DNA of 41,952 nucleotides from Candidatus Woesearchaeota archaeon (GCA_016180285.1 JACPBO010000020.1:1-41952); one strand, 5' to 3'. Positions 16,427-25,768 are shown, counted from the stretch's first letter. Numbers and translations are program-made. The notes: a model not told the origin generated them from the sequence alone.

Positions 16427-17460
16427 ATGCACGTTGAGAAAAGAAAGGCAGGAAAGCGGATAAAGTATTTCTTGGCGCATTCTTACAGGGAAGGCTCCAA
16501 GGTTCATAAATTCAGAAAATATCTGGGGCAGGATATAGATTTGCTGGATGAAAGGAAAAAAATAGCTGAAAAGCTTATTCTGGAAGAAATACACAGATAC
16601 CAAATCATAAAAGATCCGCTTCAGGTAGAGCTTTCAGAAGAAGAGATAAATTCAATAAGAAAGCTTGAAGCTCAAATACCATTAAAGATAAGCCACTTAT
16701 CAGAAAGAGACTGGAAAGAATTCTCAAAAATATTCACATACAATACCAACGCAATAGAAGGAAGCAGATTAAACCAGGAGGAAGTGAAAGAGCTGCTGGA
16801 AAAAGACAAATGGCCCGATAAGTCAAAAGAGGATATTGCAGAAGCATTCGGAGTGGATGAAGCAATTTCATATATTCGAAACACAAAAGAGCGCATCTCA
16901 TTAGAGCTCATAAAAAAGATGCATAAAATTGTATTTAAAAATTCCAAGCCATTTGCAGGAAAACTAAGAAAAAGAGGCGAAGAAGTGGTTGTCATGGGCA
17001 GCGGGGGAAATGTTGTCCACGAAGGAGCGCCTCAGTCGAGAATAAATCATCTTCTGCGCGGATTGGCAGAATGGTATGAAAAGAACAAAAACAGGTATCC
17101 TGGATTGATTCTCGGGGCAGTTGTACATAACCAATTTGAGAATATTCATCCGTTCAGGGATGGAAATGGGCGGGTGGGAAGAATCTTGCTGAATAATATA
17201 CTCATCAAGCATAATCTGCCCCCGATAAACATAGATTTCAGGAACAGGGCAGAATACTATGCATCTTTGCAGGCATATGAAAAAAACCATGATTTAAAGC
17301 CCACGATAGAGCTTTAGATTTCAGGAACAGGGCAGAATACTATGCATCTTTGCAGGCATATGAAAAAAACCATGATTTAAAGCCCACGATAGAGCTTTAT
17401 ATGAAAGAATACAATGAATTAAAGAAAAAACTCGGTAACTATAAAACAAAGAAAGCCTAA
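16427..17460 (+). CDS. Fic-family protein; frame stopped at 17317 by a tandem duplication, natural stop at 17460
   Basis: TNAIEG and the canonical HPFRDGNGRVGR motif. Removing one 83-bp copy restores ...TIELYMKEYNELKKKLGNYKTKKA*. Confidence 0.88.
17232..17397 (+). repeat. Perfect 83-bp tandem duplication
   Basis: 17232-17314 is identical to 17315-17397. Confidence 0.95.
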
Positions 17461-17480
17461 ATAGCCGAATCAGCTCTTTT

Positions 17481-17510
17481 TCAAATCTCAATTATCTTCC
17501 CGGCATTTAT
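17481..17510 (-). repeat. Second degenerate copy of the metallophosphoesterase 3' end
   Basis: Reads INAGKIIEI* versus the gene's INVGKKGKIIEI*, with a 9-bp deletion between TCTTCCC repeats. Confidence 0.7.
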
Positions 17511-17597
17511 GGCCGTTGGCAGTGATTAAATGTTATCTTATATTTATCAGTGACTTTAGAAACATTTTTATACTACCTGAAAATAGTAATTTATACA

Positions 17598-18494
17598 ATG
17601 AATTATTTGTTCAAAAAAATCTACATGCCTCTGGACAAGTCATGGATTATAAGGATGGGCATCCTTGACCTGATGAACGGCTATGACAGCACAGTCAGGT
17701 TTCTTGAGCAAAATCTTAGTGATGTAGGTGGTGATTTGAAAGCGCTTCATAAAGCATCAATTAACTGGCATTCTCACAAAACCATTTATGTTGGTGAATC
17801 AGCAACGCTTTATAGATTCCTTAAATTTGCTTCTTGGAAAAAAGGCTTGAACAAGGACTTTATATTGGAAGGAACCCTCATAGGTAGAGAAATCTGCAAT
17901 GATTCTGAAATTGCAAACTATTCGCTTGAAAAACTTTTACAATTGGATAACAAAACCTCGCAATGGGCTAGCGCCTCTGCCTTGCTCGGAAATAATGAAA
18001 AAATTGAGAACCCGCCTTACAAACTAAAGGTAACTTACGAAGCTGTTTTGCATTGGAAGGAGCGAAGAAGCAAGGGAAAATGCTGGGAGCCTCGCTATGA
18101 TGAAACAATCCTCAAGCAGGCAACTGCTTTTCTTAAGCTGTTAAGAAATGGAAAAGCCGATTTTGTTGCAGAACAAGCAGAAGACTATTGTTTCGCACGC
18201 ACATTTGGATTTATTGAAAAAGAAGAAGGGGCTAGACAGTGGCCTAGCCTTTTCACACATGAAAGCAACCGTATCGAGATGATGGAAAATGTGCTTAAAA
18301 ATAGCGAATTAGGTGAAAAAGTAAATTCAAAAGATCACAGGGTTGTTCAGGCTTATGCAATGCTTCAAAAATTAAATGGAAGGGAAATCAGAATCGCGCA
18401 TAAGGAATGTGTTGGTAAAAGCTGGACGCAATTCTGGAAATTCCTTGAAGATGCTGACAAGTTAAAATGTCAAAAATTTTCCACCAGTTTTTAA
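17598..18494 (+). CDS. Shortened EPSP synthase (AroA)-like enolpyruvyl transferase
   Basis: PLDKSWIIR, GESATLYRF, TSQWASA, HESNRI, DHRVVQA and VGKSWTQF correspond in order to AroA motifs. 298 aa. Confidence 0.75.
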   Translation: MNYLFKKIYMPLDKSWIIRMGILDLMNGYDSTVRFLEQNLSDVGGDLKALHKASINWHSHKTIYVGESATLYRFLKFASWKKGLNKDFILEGTLIGREICNDSEIANYSLEKLLQLDNKTSQWASASALLGNNEKIENPPYKLKVTYEAVLHWKERRSKGKCWEPRYDETILKQATAFLKLLRNGKADFVAEQAEDYCFARTFGFIEKEEGARQWPSLFTHESNRIEMMENVLKNSELGEKVNSKDHRVVQAYAMLQKLNGREIRIAHKECVGKSWTQFWKFLEDADKLKCQKFSTSF

Positions 18495-18666
18495 CTGGTG
18501 GCTTAAAGCCAACTTTTTTTGCATATGGAAAATTTTTGAGCATGATCAAGTGTCAAAAATGCTTGCATTTTTGAGCAAATTGGAAATGTGAACATTTCCG
18601 ATTAACCACCTGATGCGGTGAATAGCAGCAACATTCCACCAATCTCTGATGGGTGGTTCTTGACAG
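18468..18666. repeat. Cluster of nested palindromes (TGTCAAAAAT...ATTTTTGAGCA units)
   Basis: 14-bp IR 18470-18483/18526-18539, 9-bp IR 18481-18501, 10-bp IR 18553-18574, 8-bp IR 18582-18599, and AACCACC/GGTGGTT. Confidence 0.75.
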
Positions 18667-18682
18667 ATAAAGCAGAAATAAT

Positions 18683-19309
18683 TTAAATCTCAATAATCTT
18701 CCCTTTCTTCCCGACATTGATCACTTTCGTCTTGCCAACCATCTCTTCTATGCCCTCTGCCTCATGAACATGGGAGCAAAGCAGTATGTCAGGATGAAAC
18801 TTTTCTATTGCCCTCTTTATTCCGGGGCTTCCTGGGCAGAATTGCGTGAACTTCTCCATCTTTGTTCCTGAAGGATGCACATGCGTGACCATTATTTTTT
18901 TACTTAAATCCTTTATTTTGTCAAACCCCTTCTTCAGCAAATCATAAATCTCTTTTTCATCCATCTGAAACAATCCGATATTTGCGCCGCCTGCTCCAAA
19001 GATCCCCACATTGCCGTATTTCACAGAATAGCCGTGTATATTTTTAACTCCATAAACTTCAGCAAGAAAATCCGCAGTTGCAACAGTCTCATGATTTCCG
19101 GGAATAAGCAAAACTTTCTCATTTCTTTTTTTAAATGGGCCGATTAAGTTTGTTGTTGACCTCTCTCCCATTGTTAAATCACCGCAGAGAATAACAAGAT
19201 CAACATTTTCCCGTTTTGCCTGCTCAGCCAGCTTCTCAGCAAGGCTCATATCTCCATGAATGTCCCCGGCAGCAAGTATCTTTAGTTTTTTATCAGTTTT
19301 CTTTTCCAT
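18683..19309 (-). CDS. Calcineurin-like metallophosphoesterase
   Basis: DIHG, GDL, GNHE, THVHP and SHVHE motifs. Confidence 0.92.
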   Translation of the reverse strand: MEKKTDKKLKILAAGDIHGDMSLAEKLAEQAKRENVDLVILCGDLTMGERSTTNLIGPFKKRNEKVLLIPGNHETVATADFLAEVYGVKNIHGYSVKYGNVGIFGAGGANIGLFQMDEKEIYDLLKKGFDKIKDLSKKIMVTHVHPSGTKMEKFTQFCPGSPGIKRAIEKFHPDILLCSHVHEAEGIEEMVGKTKVINVGKKGKIIEI

Positions 19310-19344
19310 AATGCAGAATAACAGAACGTAATTTAAAAAACTTC

Positions 19345-19914
19345 CTATCTTTTTATTACCTTTTCCTTTTCAGTCAGGTCAATTATCGTTGAAGGCTTGC
19401 CTTTTTTCTCTCCTTCGTATAGTATGAAATCAATCTTAACCTTTATTTCAGGATCAAGATTTTCAACAGATGTCATGAAATCCTTGCCAATTACATTGGC
19501 AGATGTCGTCACAATCGGAACATTCAGCTCAGCAGCAACCTCGCTGAACCAGTGATTAGGGATTCTTATGCCCAGTGTATCTAAATCAGAATTCACATTC
19601 GGAGAAATCGCATCCTTTCTTTTGAGTTTTAGAATCAATGTATAAGGTCCTGGAAGCTTTTTCAGCCATTTCTCCGCTTCTTTTGATACTTCACAGTTTT
19701 CCTTGATCCATTCTATTGAAGGAGCAATAATTGAAAAAGGCCTTGTATAGCGCTGCTTCGCTTCCCTCACTTTTTTTACAGCTCCAAAATGCCTTGCATT
19801 GCAGCCGATCCCATAGATCGTGTCAGTAGGGTGAATAAATGTAGCGCCATTTAATATCCCCCTCAGAATAGCTTCTTTGTTTATCTTGAACTCGTCTTTA
19901 TTTATGATTTCCAT
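19345..19914 (-). CDS. tsaC: L-threonylcarbamoyladenylate synthase (TsaC/Sua5/YrdC, single domain)
   Basis: PTDTIYGIG, KxR, PGPYT, GIRIP, TTSAN and PSTIID motifs. Confidence 0.92.
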   Translation of the reverse strand: MEIINKDEFKINKEAILRGILNGATFIHPTDTIYGIGCNARHFGAVKKVREAKQRYTRPFSIIAPSIEWIKENCEVSKEAEKWLKKLPGPYTLILKLKRKDAISPNVNSDLDTLGIRIPNHWFSEVAAELNVPIVTTSANVIGKDFMTSVENLDPEIKVKIDFILYEGEKKGKPSTIIDLTEKEKVIKR

Positions 19915-19970
19915 GGTTTTCAGGAATATCCAGCGCTTTATAAATGTTGTTATATGCACTATATACCCGA

Positions 19971-20306
19971 TCAGAATTCTATTTTATCATTGAGCTTTGT
20001 TTTATTAATGATGCCGCAAGGCAATTCAACAGCATATTTTGCTCTTCTGATGCCAGTATAAACAGTAAAGGGCTTAAAATTCTTTTTTATTTCAACAATT
20101 TTCCCGTTTTTATTTAAAAACAGCACATCAATCGGGTAAAAAACAAAGAGCATGTGCAGCGAGATTCTTTTTTCTTCATCAAAAGCCAAAACCAGCGCAA
20201 AATCCTTTCTTCTTTTAGAAAACATCAGTCCGAGTGATTTTATTGCTATTTTATGAAGTCCATAAAACAACTGAACTGACTTTGGCGGTATAGTCACTGG
20301 ACACAC
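19971..20306 (-). CDS. DUF192-family protein
   Basis: GLMF, HMLFVFYPIDVLF and YAVELPCG motifs. Start uncertain. Confidence 0.8.
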   Translation of the reverse strand: MCPVTIPPKSVQLFYGLHKIAIKSLGLMFSKRRKDFALVLAFDEEKRISLHMLFVFYPIDVLFLNKNGKIVEIKKNFKPFTVYTGIRRAKYAVELPCGIINKTKLNDKIEF

Positions 20307-20492
20307 TAGACAACTGCAGGCACAAGATATATAAATGCATTGTATACAAGTTCAGTTGAAAAAGAGGAAAGTTAAGCTGACTTAATCTTTCTTTTGGTGT
20401 CTTAGAAACATGAAATCCATTAAGTCGTTTTTACTTCAACCCCTTTTTCTTCATACACAAATCCTGCATAACGAGAATTTGAGACAATTAAA

Positions 20493-21554
20493 ATGAACAT
20501 AAATGAACAATTGAAAACTATTGGTTGGACCCCGCTGCATACAAGACTTCTGGCGCATAGGATAGGTGATGGCAGCGTAAATTATTACGGACACTATGAT
20601 TGGAGTAATAAACATATGGAAGAATTTGTTGAACTAGCTAAATTCTTGAAAGTAAAATCTTGGGGACCAATCATAAGTGATAAGTACGGAACAAAGAAGA
20701 TAATAGTGCATAAGAAAAATTTCAAGAATTTTGCAGCAATATTTGGCTTAAATCATGAACACTTAATTCATGATAAGCTTCTACTTTTAGATACCTTAAA
20801 ACAACTACCGAAAGATCATAAAATACAGATGTTACTGGCGTTCATTGTGGATGATGGTTCTTGCAGTAACTGGATGCTCTCGCTCTTTGTGGATCCTGAT
20901 GAGCAAGTGATAGAAAAAGTCAAAATATTATGGAATGACGTATTTCCTGGCACTCTGAGCATTCAAACATCTATTACAAAGAAAGGAACAAAGGTGTATC
21001 GCTTATTTTGCAATAGGGAAGGAATAATATCCTTAATGCATGAAATAAGAGAAGCGGTCAGAAAATATGGTCCTATTGCAAATCTTTGGTGGAAGCAGCC
21101 AATATTTGATAATAGGTACAAAAAAGCTATTTCCAAAAGAGCCAAGGAGTTGTACGAAACTAAAATTTACTTTGGTTTCAAGGAGAAAAGAGTACTGGAG
21201 TATCTTAAGGAGAACAAAACCATAACTATTAAGGAGATTAGAAGGATTTTAAACCTAACAAAAGATAGAGCACATAGATTTATAACCAAACTAGTGAAAA
21301 ATAATAAATTATTCTTAATAGATGCAGGAAACAGAGCCAGATATTCTCTTGAATATGAAGACAACAGTTTTGAAAATAGAAAAAAAATCATAATGGAATA
21401 TCTCATGAAAAATAGGATTATGCGCAATCGAGACTGCAGAAGATTGTTGGATGTGGGTTCATCCAAGGCTTACAAAATACTTAAAGAAATACAAAAGCAA
21501 GGAAATATAAAACAAATAAAATCTAATGGCACAACATATTACGTGCCATCTTAG
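20493..21554 (+). CDS. Free-standing LAGLIDADG-like protein with C-terminal winged-HTH domains
   Basis: LLAHRIGDG and LLAFIVDDGS motifs about 90 aa apart, then two wHTH-like repeats (ITIKEIRRILNL; MRNRDCRRLLDV). Confidence 0.7.
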   Translation: MNINEQLKTIGWTPLHTRLLAHRIGDGSVNYYGHYDWSNKHMEEFVELAKFLKVKSWGPIISDKYGTKKIIVHKKNFKNFAAIFGLNHEHLIHDKLLLLDTLKQLPKDHKIQMLLAFIVDDGSCSNWMLSLFVDPDEQVIEKVKILWNDVFPGTLSIQTSITKKGTKVYRLFCNREGIISLMHEIREAVRKYGPIANLWWKQPIFDNRYKKAISKRAKELYETKIYFGFKEKRVLEYLKENKTITIKEIRRILNLTKDRAHRFITKLVKNNKLFLIDAGNRARYSLEYEDNSFENRKKIIMEYLMKNRIMRNRDCRRLLDVGSSKAYKILKEIQKQGNIKQIKSNGTTYYVPS

Positions 21555-23170
21555 GATGTGTACCCTAATGCATCTCTCACAAATCCCAAGAACAAAGGTG
21601 CTGGTTTAATTAATCTCGATTTGAGTTCAGGATGTGCTTGGGTGGCTCGGAATTTGCCATTACTCAATTCAATAAATTCTACGAGTTTTGTACCATCCTC
21701 CCTTATATGGTGCCCAGAGAATATTAAACCATGATTTTCAAGAATCTTATGGTGCTTTGGGTTGACTTCATATCTGTGTCTATGGCGTTCGATTACTTCT
21801 TTCTGCCCATATAACTCATAAACTTTAGTTCCTTCTTTCAAAATAGCTCTATACGCTCCAAGCCGCATAGTTGCGCCCTTTTCCCTGACATTTTTTTGTT
21901 CAGGCAGAATATCTATAACAGGGTTCTTTGTTTTCTCATCATTCTCGCTTGTGTTGGCGTCTTTAAGATTGCACACATTTCTTGCGAATTCAATAACCGC
22001 TAACTGCAATCCATAGCACAATCCAAGGAAAGGAATGTCATTTTCACGGGCATATTGTATCACTTTTATTTTTCCTTCTGTTCCCCTGGAGCCAAATCCG
22101 CCGGGAACAATAACGCCATTAACATCCTTTAAGGCATCTTCAACTTTTACTTTTCCATTCTCTATTTCTGTTGTTTCAATCCATTTCAGTTCAACTTTTG
22201 CATTGAGGTGCGCTCCTGCGTGCATCAATGCCTCTATGATGCTGGCATAAGAATCCATCAATGCAGTGTATTTGCCGCAGACTGCAATCTTGATCTTGTT
22301 TTTTGGGTTTTTTATGTTTGCAACTAATTTTTTCCATTCAGTTAAGTCCTTTATTTCCCTAAGAGCTAGTTTTTCCTTTAAAACTTTCAGCAATCCTTCC
22401 TTTTCAAAAATAAGAGGCAGCTCATAAGTTGTTTCCACTTTCGGGTCTGATATCACTTCCTCTTTCCTTACATTGGAAAACAAGGCGATCTTCTCCTTTA
22501 TCTTATCCTGCAAATACTCCTCCGACCTGCCTATCACAATATCAGGCTGTATTCCCCTCTGCTCTAGCATTGAAACGCTCTGCTGCGTTGGCTTGCTTTT
22601 CTGCTCCTCTACGCCTCCGACAACAGGAACAAATGCGAGATGAACATATAAGATATTTTCCCTTCCAACAATAGCTTTAAGCTGCCTTGTGGCCTCTATA
22701 AAGAGCATATTTTCCATATCCCCGACTGTGCCTCCGATTTCAACAAGCATAATGTCCGCTTTTTCCTCATTTGCGATTTCAAAAAGCCTGTTTTTAATTT
22801 CATCTGTAACATGGGGTATCATCTGCACAGTCTTGCCAAGATAATCGCCTTTTCTTTCGCGGTCAATAACCGCCTTGAAAACCTTTCCAGAAGTTAAGTT
22901 CCATTTGAACTTGCAGTCAATATTCAAGAAGCGCTCATAATGCCCGAAATCCATGTCAACCTCTCCTCCATCATCCAGCACGAAAACTTCGCCGTGCTCT
23001 ATCGGGTTCATTGTGCCGGGATCAACATTAAGGTAGCCGTCGCACTTTACCGGAATCACTTTGTAAGTTGAATTGAGAAGCCTTCCAATTGATGCAGTTA
23101 CGATCCCCTTGCCTAATCCAGAAAGAACTCCCCCAGTTACAATGATCCACTTTGTTTTATTAGTGAGCAT
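21551..23170 (-). CDS. pyrG: CTP synthase
   Basis: GGVLSGLGKG, DPGTM, KSKPTQ, GLCYGLQ, RHRHRYE and HPE motifs. Confidence 0.98.
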   Translation of the reverse strand: MLTNKTKWIIVTGGVLSGLGKGIVTASIGRLLNSTYKVIPVKCDGYLNVDPGTMNPIEHGEVFVLDDGGEVDMDFGHYERFLNIDCKFKWNLTSGKVFKAVIDRERKGDYLGKTVQMIPHVTDEIKNRLFEIANEEKADIMLVEIGGTVGDMENMLFIEATRQLKAIVGRENILYVHLAFVPVVGGVEEQKSKPTQQSVSMLEQRGIQPDIVIGRSEEYLQDKIKEKIALFSNVRKEEVISDPKVETTYELPLIFEKEGLLKVLKEKLALREIKDLTEWKKLVANIKNPKNKIKIAVCGKYTALMDSYASIIEALMHAGAHLNAKVELKWIETTEIENGKVKVEDALKDVNGVIVPGGFGSRGTEGKIKVIQYARENDIPFLGLCYGLQLAVIEFARNVCNLKDANTSENDEKTKNPVIDILPEQKNVREKGATMRLGAYRAILKEGTKVYELYGQKEVIERHRHRYEVNPKHHKILENHGLIFSGHHIREDGTKLVEFIELSNGKFRATQAHPELKSRLIKPAPLFLGFVRDALGYTS

Positions 23171-23214
23171 AACTAAGAACATATAGTTTTATTTATAAAG
23201 TTTTCTCAAAAATG

Positions 23215-23835
23215 TTAAAACATCTTAAAAATGCTGCTATAAACACTAAACCCATCAATTCCCGGAATCGGCAGCATGTTCAATATAAATAAAAACATAT
23301 TGATCTGCTTCGTCAAATACAATACCGGGTAATATCTTTTATTTATTTTCATTTTCTTTAAAACAATCCACGATCCAATCCACAATATCAGATTTACAAA
23401 AGGCCCGACAAATGCTATCACTCCGCTCTGCATGGAAGTCAGAGGCTGAAGCGGCATTACAAACCCTGGGATAAAGAAAATAAAGCCAAATCCAATTAGC
23501 TTCAGGAATATTCCGACCAACAGCCATCCATAGGCTGCGAAAAATGTTGCTGAAACTCCAAAAGCCATTGCAGCAAACTTATGCCCTAATTCATGCAGCG
23601 CAATTGCAGGAGCAACAGCAGCAACTGCAAACTTAAAGTTAGAAAAGCTTAATCTTCCGTAATGTTTCAAAGGGTCATATGATCCGGCAGCAGGCCTTCT
23701 GAAAATATCCTTGAAAATAAAGCCGATCACAATGCTCATGATTATTACATCTATTATTTCAAGGATCAGCGAATTGAAAGGTATGCCGATATTAAACATC
23801 CGCAATATATCCAGTCTTGTGAAGTCGAAGATCAT
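23215..23835 (-). CDS. M50-family (site-2) membrane metallopeptidase
   Basis: HELGH, GPFVN and NMLPIPGIDG motifs. Start approximate. Confidence 0.88.
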   Translation of the reverse strand: MIFDFTRLDILRMFNIGIPFNSLILEIIDVIIMSIVIGFIFKDIFRRPAAGSYDPLKHYGRLSFSNFKFAVAAVAPAIALHELGHKFAAMAFGVSATFFAAYGWLLVGIFLKLIGFGFIFFIPGFVMPLQPLTSMQSGVIAFVGPFVNLILWIGSWIVLKKMKINKRYYPVLYLTKQINMFLFILNMLPIPGIDGFSVYSSIFKMF

Positions 23836-23933
23836 GGATAAAAAAGAAATATGCATCATTTAAATAGTTTCCTGTAAAGTTGGGTTCTCTAAAAACACAA
23901 ATAATATAAATTCGTCTGGTTTTATGCTTATAA

Positions 23934-24728
23934 ATGAATTATGACTATGTAACAGAATTTGGAAAAAAATTAAGAGAAGAATATCTGATCCTAGGAAAAA
24001 AAGATTGTCTCAATCGATTATTTCGAATAGACGATATAATTTTGCTTGAAACTAGATATGATGGCGAACCTCTTTTTCCAGTGCTAAAGCAGCCAAAAAC
24101 AATCTGTAAAATAGTGCTTGACGAAACTATACCTTGTTTGCTATGCGATACCATGACAATTTATCATCCTAACCTTTATTTAACCCTTGCAGGTAGAGGG
24201 CCTTTCGCACAATTATTGGGATCAATAGACTGCCTTCCAGCATTGCCTTATCTTAATGAAGCACTTAACCATGATCTAGATCCTTCTATGAGAGGTTGGA
24301 CTGCTGAAGCTCTTGGTCTTTTTGGAAAAAGAGCCCTTCCACTCTTGAATAGTGCCCTTAAAAAAGAAGAAAATGAAGGGGTTATAACTGATATTGCAAG
24401 TTCAATGTTATTTTTAGCTGATGAAAGCTCATTGCCTTCTTTGATTGAAAAAGCTGATTATCTGGTGAATAAATTGCAAAGCATTACAAATGATGAAGAG
24501 AGATTTGACCATATTCTTTTATGCCAACTCCAAGAACTTTTTAAGGTATTGAGTTATATTAAACATCCTAAGTCTTTAGCTTGCTTAAAATACCATCTTC
24601 ATAACGAAAATGATAAAGTCTCCTGGATGGCTTCAAGATATGTTAGATATTACGAAAAAGAAGTAGAGCAAATGCCAAAAATAATAGCTGCGCCAACAAT
24701 CAATGCCCGCTTACATATTGATGATTAA
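23934..24728 (+). CDS. HEAT/PBS-lyase-repeat protein
   Basis: Repeats such as ALPYLNEALNHDLDPSMRGWTAEALG and ALPLLNSALKKEENEGV. Confidence 0.7.
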   Translation: MNYDYVTEFGKKLREEYLILGKKDCLNRLFRIDDIILLETRYDGEPLFPVLKQPKTICKIVLDETIPCLLCDTMTIYHPNLYLTLAGRGPFAQLLGSIDCLPALPYLNEALNHDLDPSMRGWTAEALGLFGKRALPLLNSALKKEENEGVITDIASSMLFLADESSLPSLIEKADYLVNKLQSITNDEERFDHILLCQLQELFKVLSYIKHPKSLACLKYHLHNENDKVSWMASRYVRYYEKEVEQMPKIIAAPTINARLHIDD

Positions 24729-24775
24729 TTTACTTTCCCATAACATTTATATATTGATCTTTAAAATCTTTTCTT

Positions 24776-25762
24776 ATGTTTGAAATAATATTATTATTGG
24801 CATTTATAATCCTTTTGAGCATAATATTCATTACACTCGGCTCTGACTGGGCAACTGATTCTTTGATCCCTCTTGCTCAGAAGCTCGGAACAACACACGT
24901 CGCTATTGGCCTGATACTTGTTTCAATAATGGTCAGCCTGCCTGAAATAATAGTTGCTGTCTGGGCTGCAAAGCTGGGCCATATAGATATAAGCTTGGGC
25001 GTCATAATCGGCTCAATAATATGCAACATAGGCTTAATGACCGGCTTGTCTGCAATGATAAAGCCGCTTAAGGTCAGCAGGTCTTTGATTTTAAGGGACA
25101 GCATATTTGCCCTGTGCGTTGCTATTGTTGTTCTTGTTTTAAGCATGGATTATCAGATTACAAGATCTGAAGGATTTGCATTCATCCTTATTTTTATACC
25201 CTATTTGATTAATGTCTGGGTTCAGGAAAAATCAAAGCATGAAGCCCAGAAAGAAAAAGAGCTGAAGGAAGTAGAGATAGAGCTGGACTTTATCGGCCTG
25301 CAGTTCGGCAAAATAAAAGCAGGAGTTTTGAGCTTTATTTTCGGCATGGTCCTTCTCTTGATAGGATCATATCTTTTTTCAAAATCATTAACATGGATAT
25401 CTGGCGCATTTGGATTTTCAGACCTTCTTATCGGCCTGACAATAGGCGCAATAGGCCCTTCTATACCTAATATAGCAGCCGCAATCCAGGCAACATTAAA
25501 AAACATGGAAGAAGTTGCTGTTTCAGAAACACTTGGCTCAAATATATTTACGCTGCTAGTTACATTAGGAATTTTATCAATCATACAGCCGATAACAATA
25601 ACAGCAGGATGGCTGCGCTTTGACATTCCGATAATGGTCGCAATGAGCATGCTGCTGCTTACATTTATGGTTTACAGGCAGAGGATAACAAGAGCAGAAG
25701 GATGGATATTGTTTTTGGGCTACATTGCTGTTTTAATAATGAACATAGTTATACATGTGTGA
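24776..25762 (+). CDS. Ca2+/Na+ antiporter (CaCA, YrbG-like)
   Basis: About 10 TM helices with two alpha-repeats (VSLPE...GSIICN; GPSIPN...GSNIF). Confidence 0.9.
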   Translation: MFEIILLLAFIILLSIIFITLGSDWATDSLIPLAQKLGTTHVAIGLILVSIMVSLPEIIVAVWAAKLGHIDISLGVIIGSIICNIGLMTGLSAMIKPLKVSRSLILRDSIFALCVAIVVLVLSMDYQITRSEGFAFILIFIPYLINVWVQEKSKHEAQKEKELKEVEIELDFIGLQFGKIKAGVLSFIFGMVLLLIGSYLFSKSLTWISGAFGFSDLLIGLTIGAIGPSIPNIAAAIQATLKNMEEVAVSETLGSNIFTLLVTLGILSIIQPITITAGWLRFDIPIMVAMSMLLLTFMVYRQRITRAEGWILFLGYIAVLIMNIVIHV

Positions 25763-25768
25763 TGCAAA

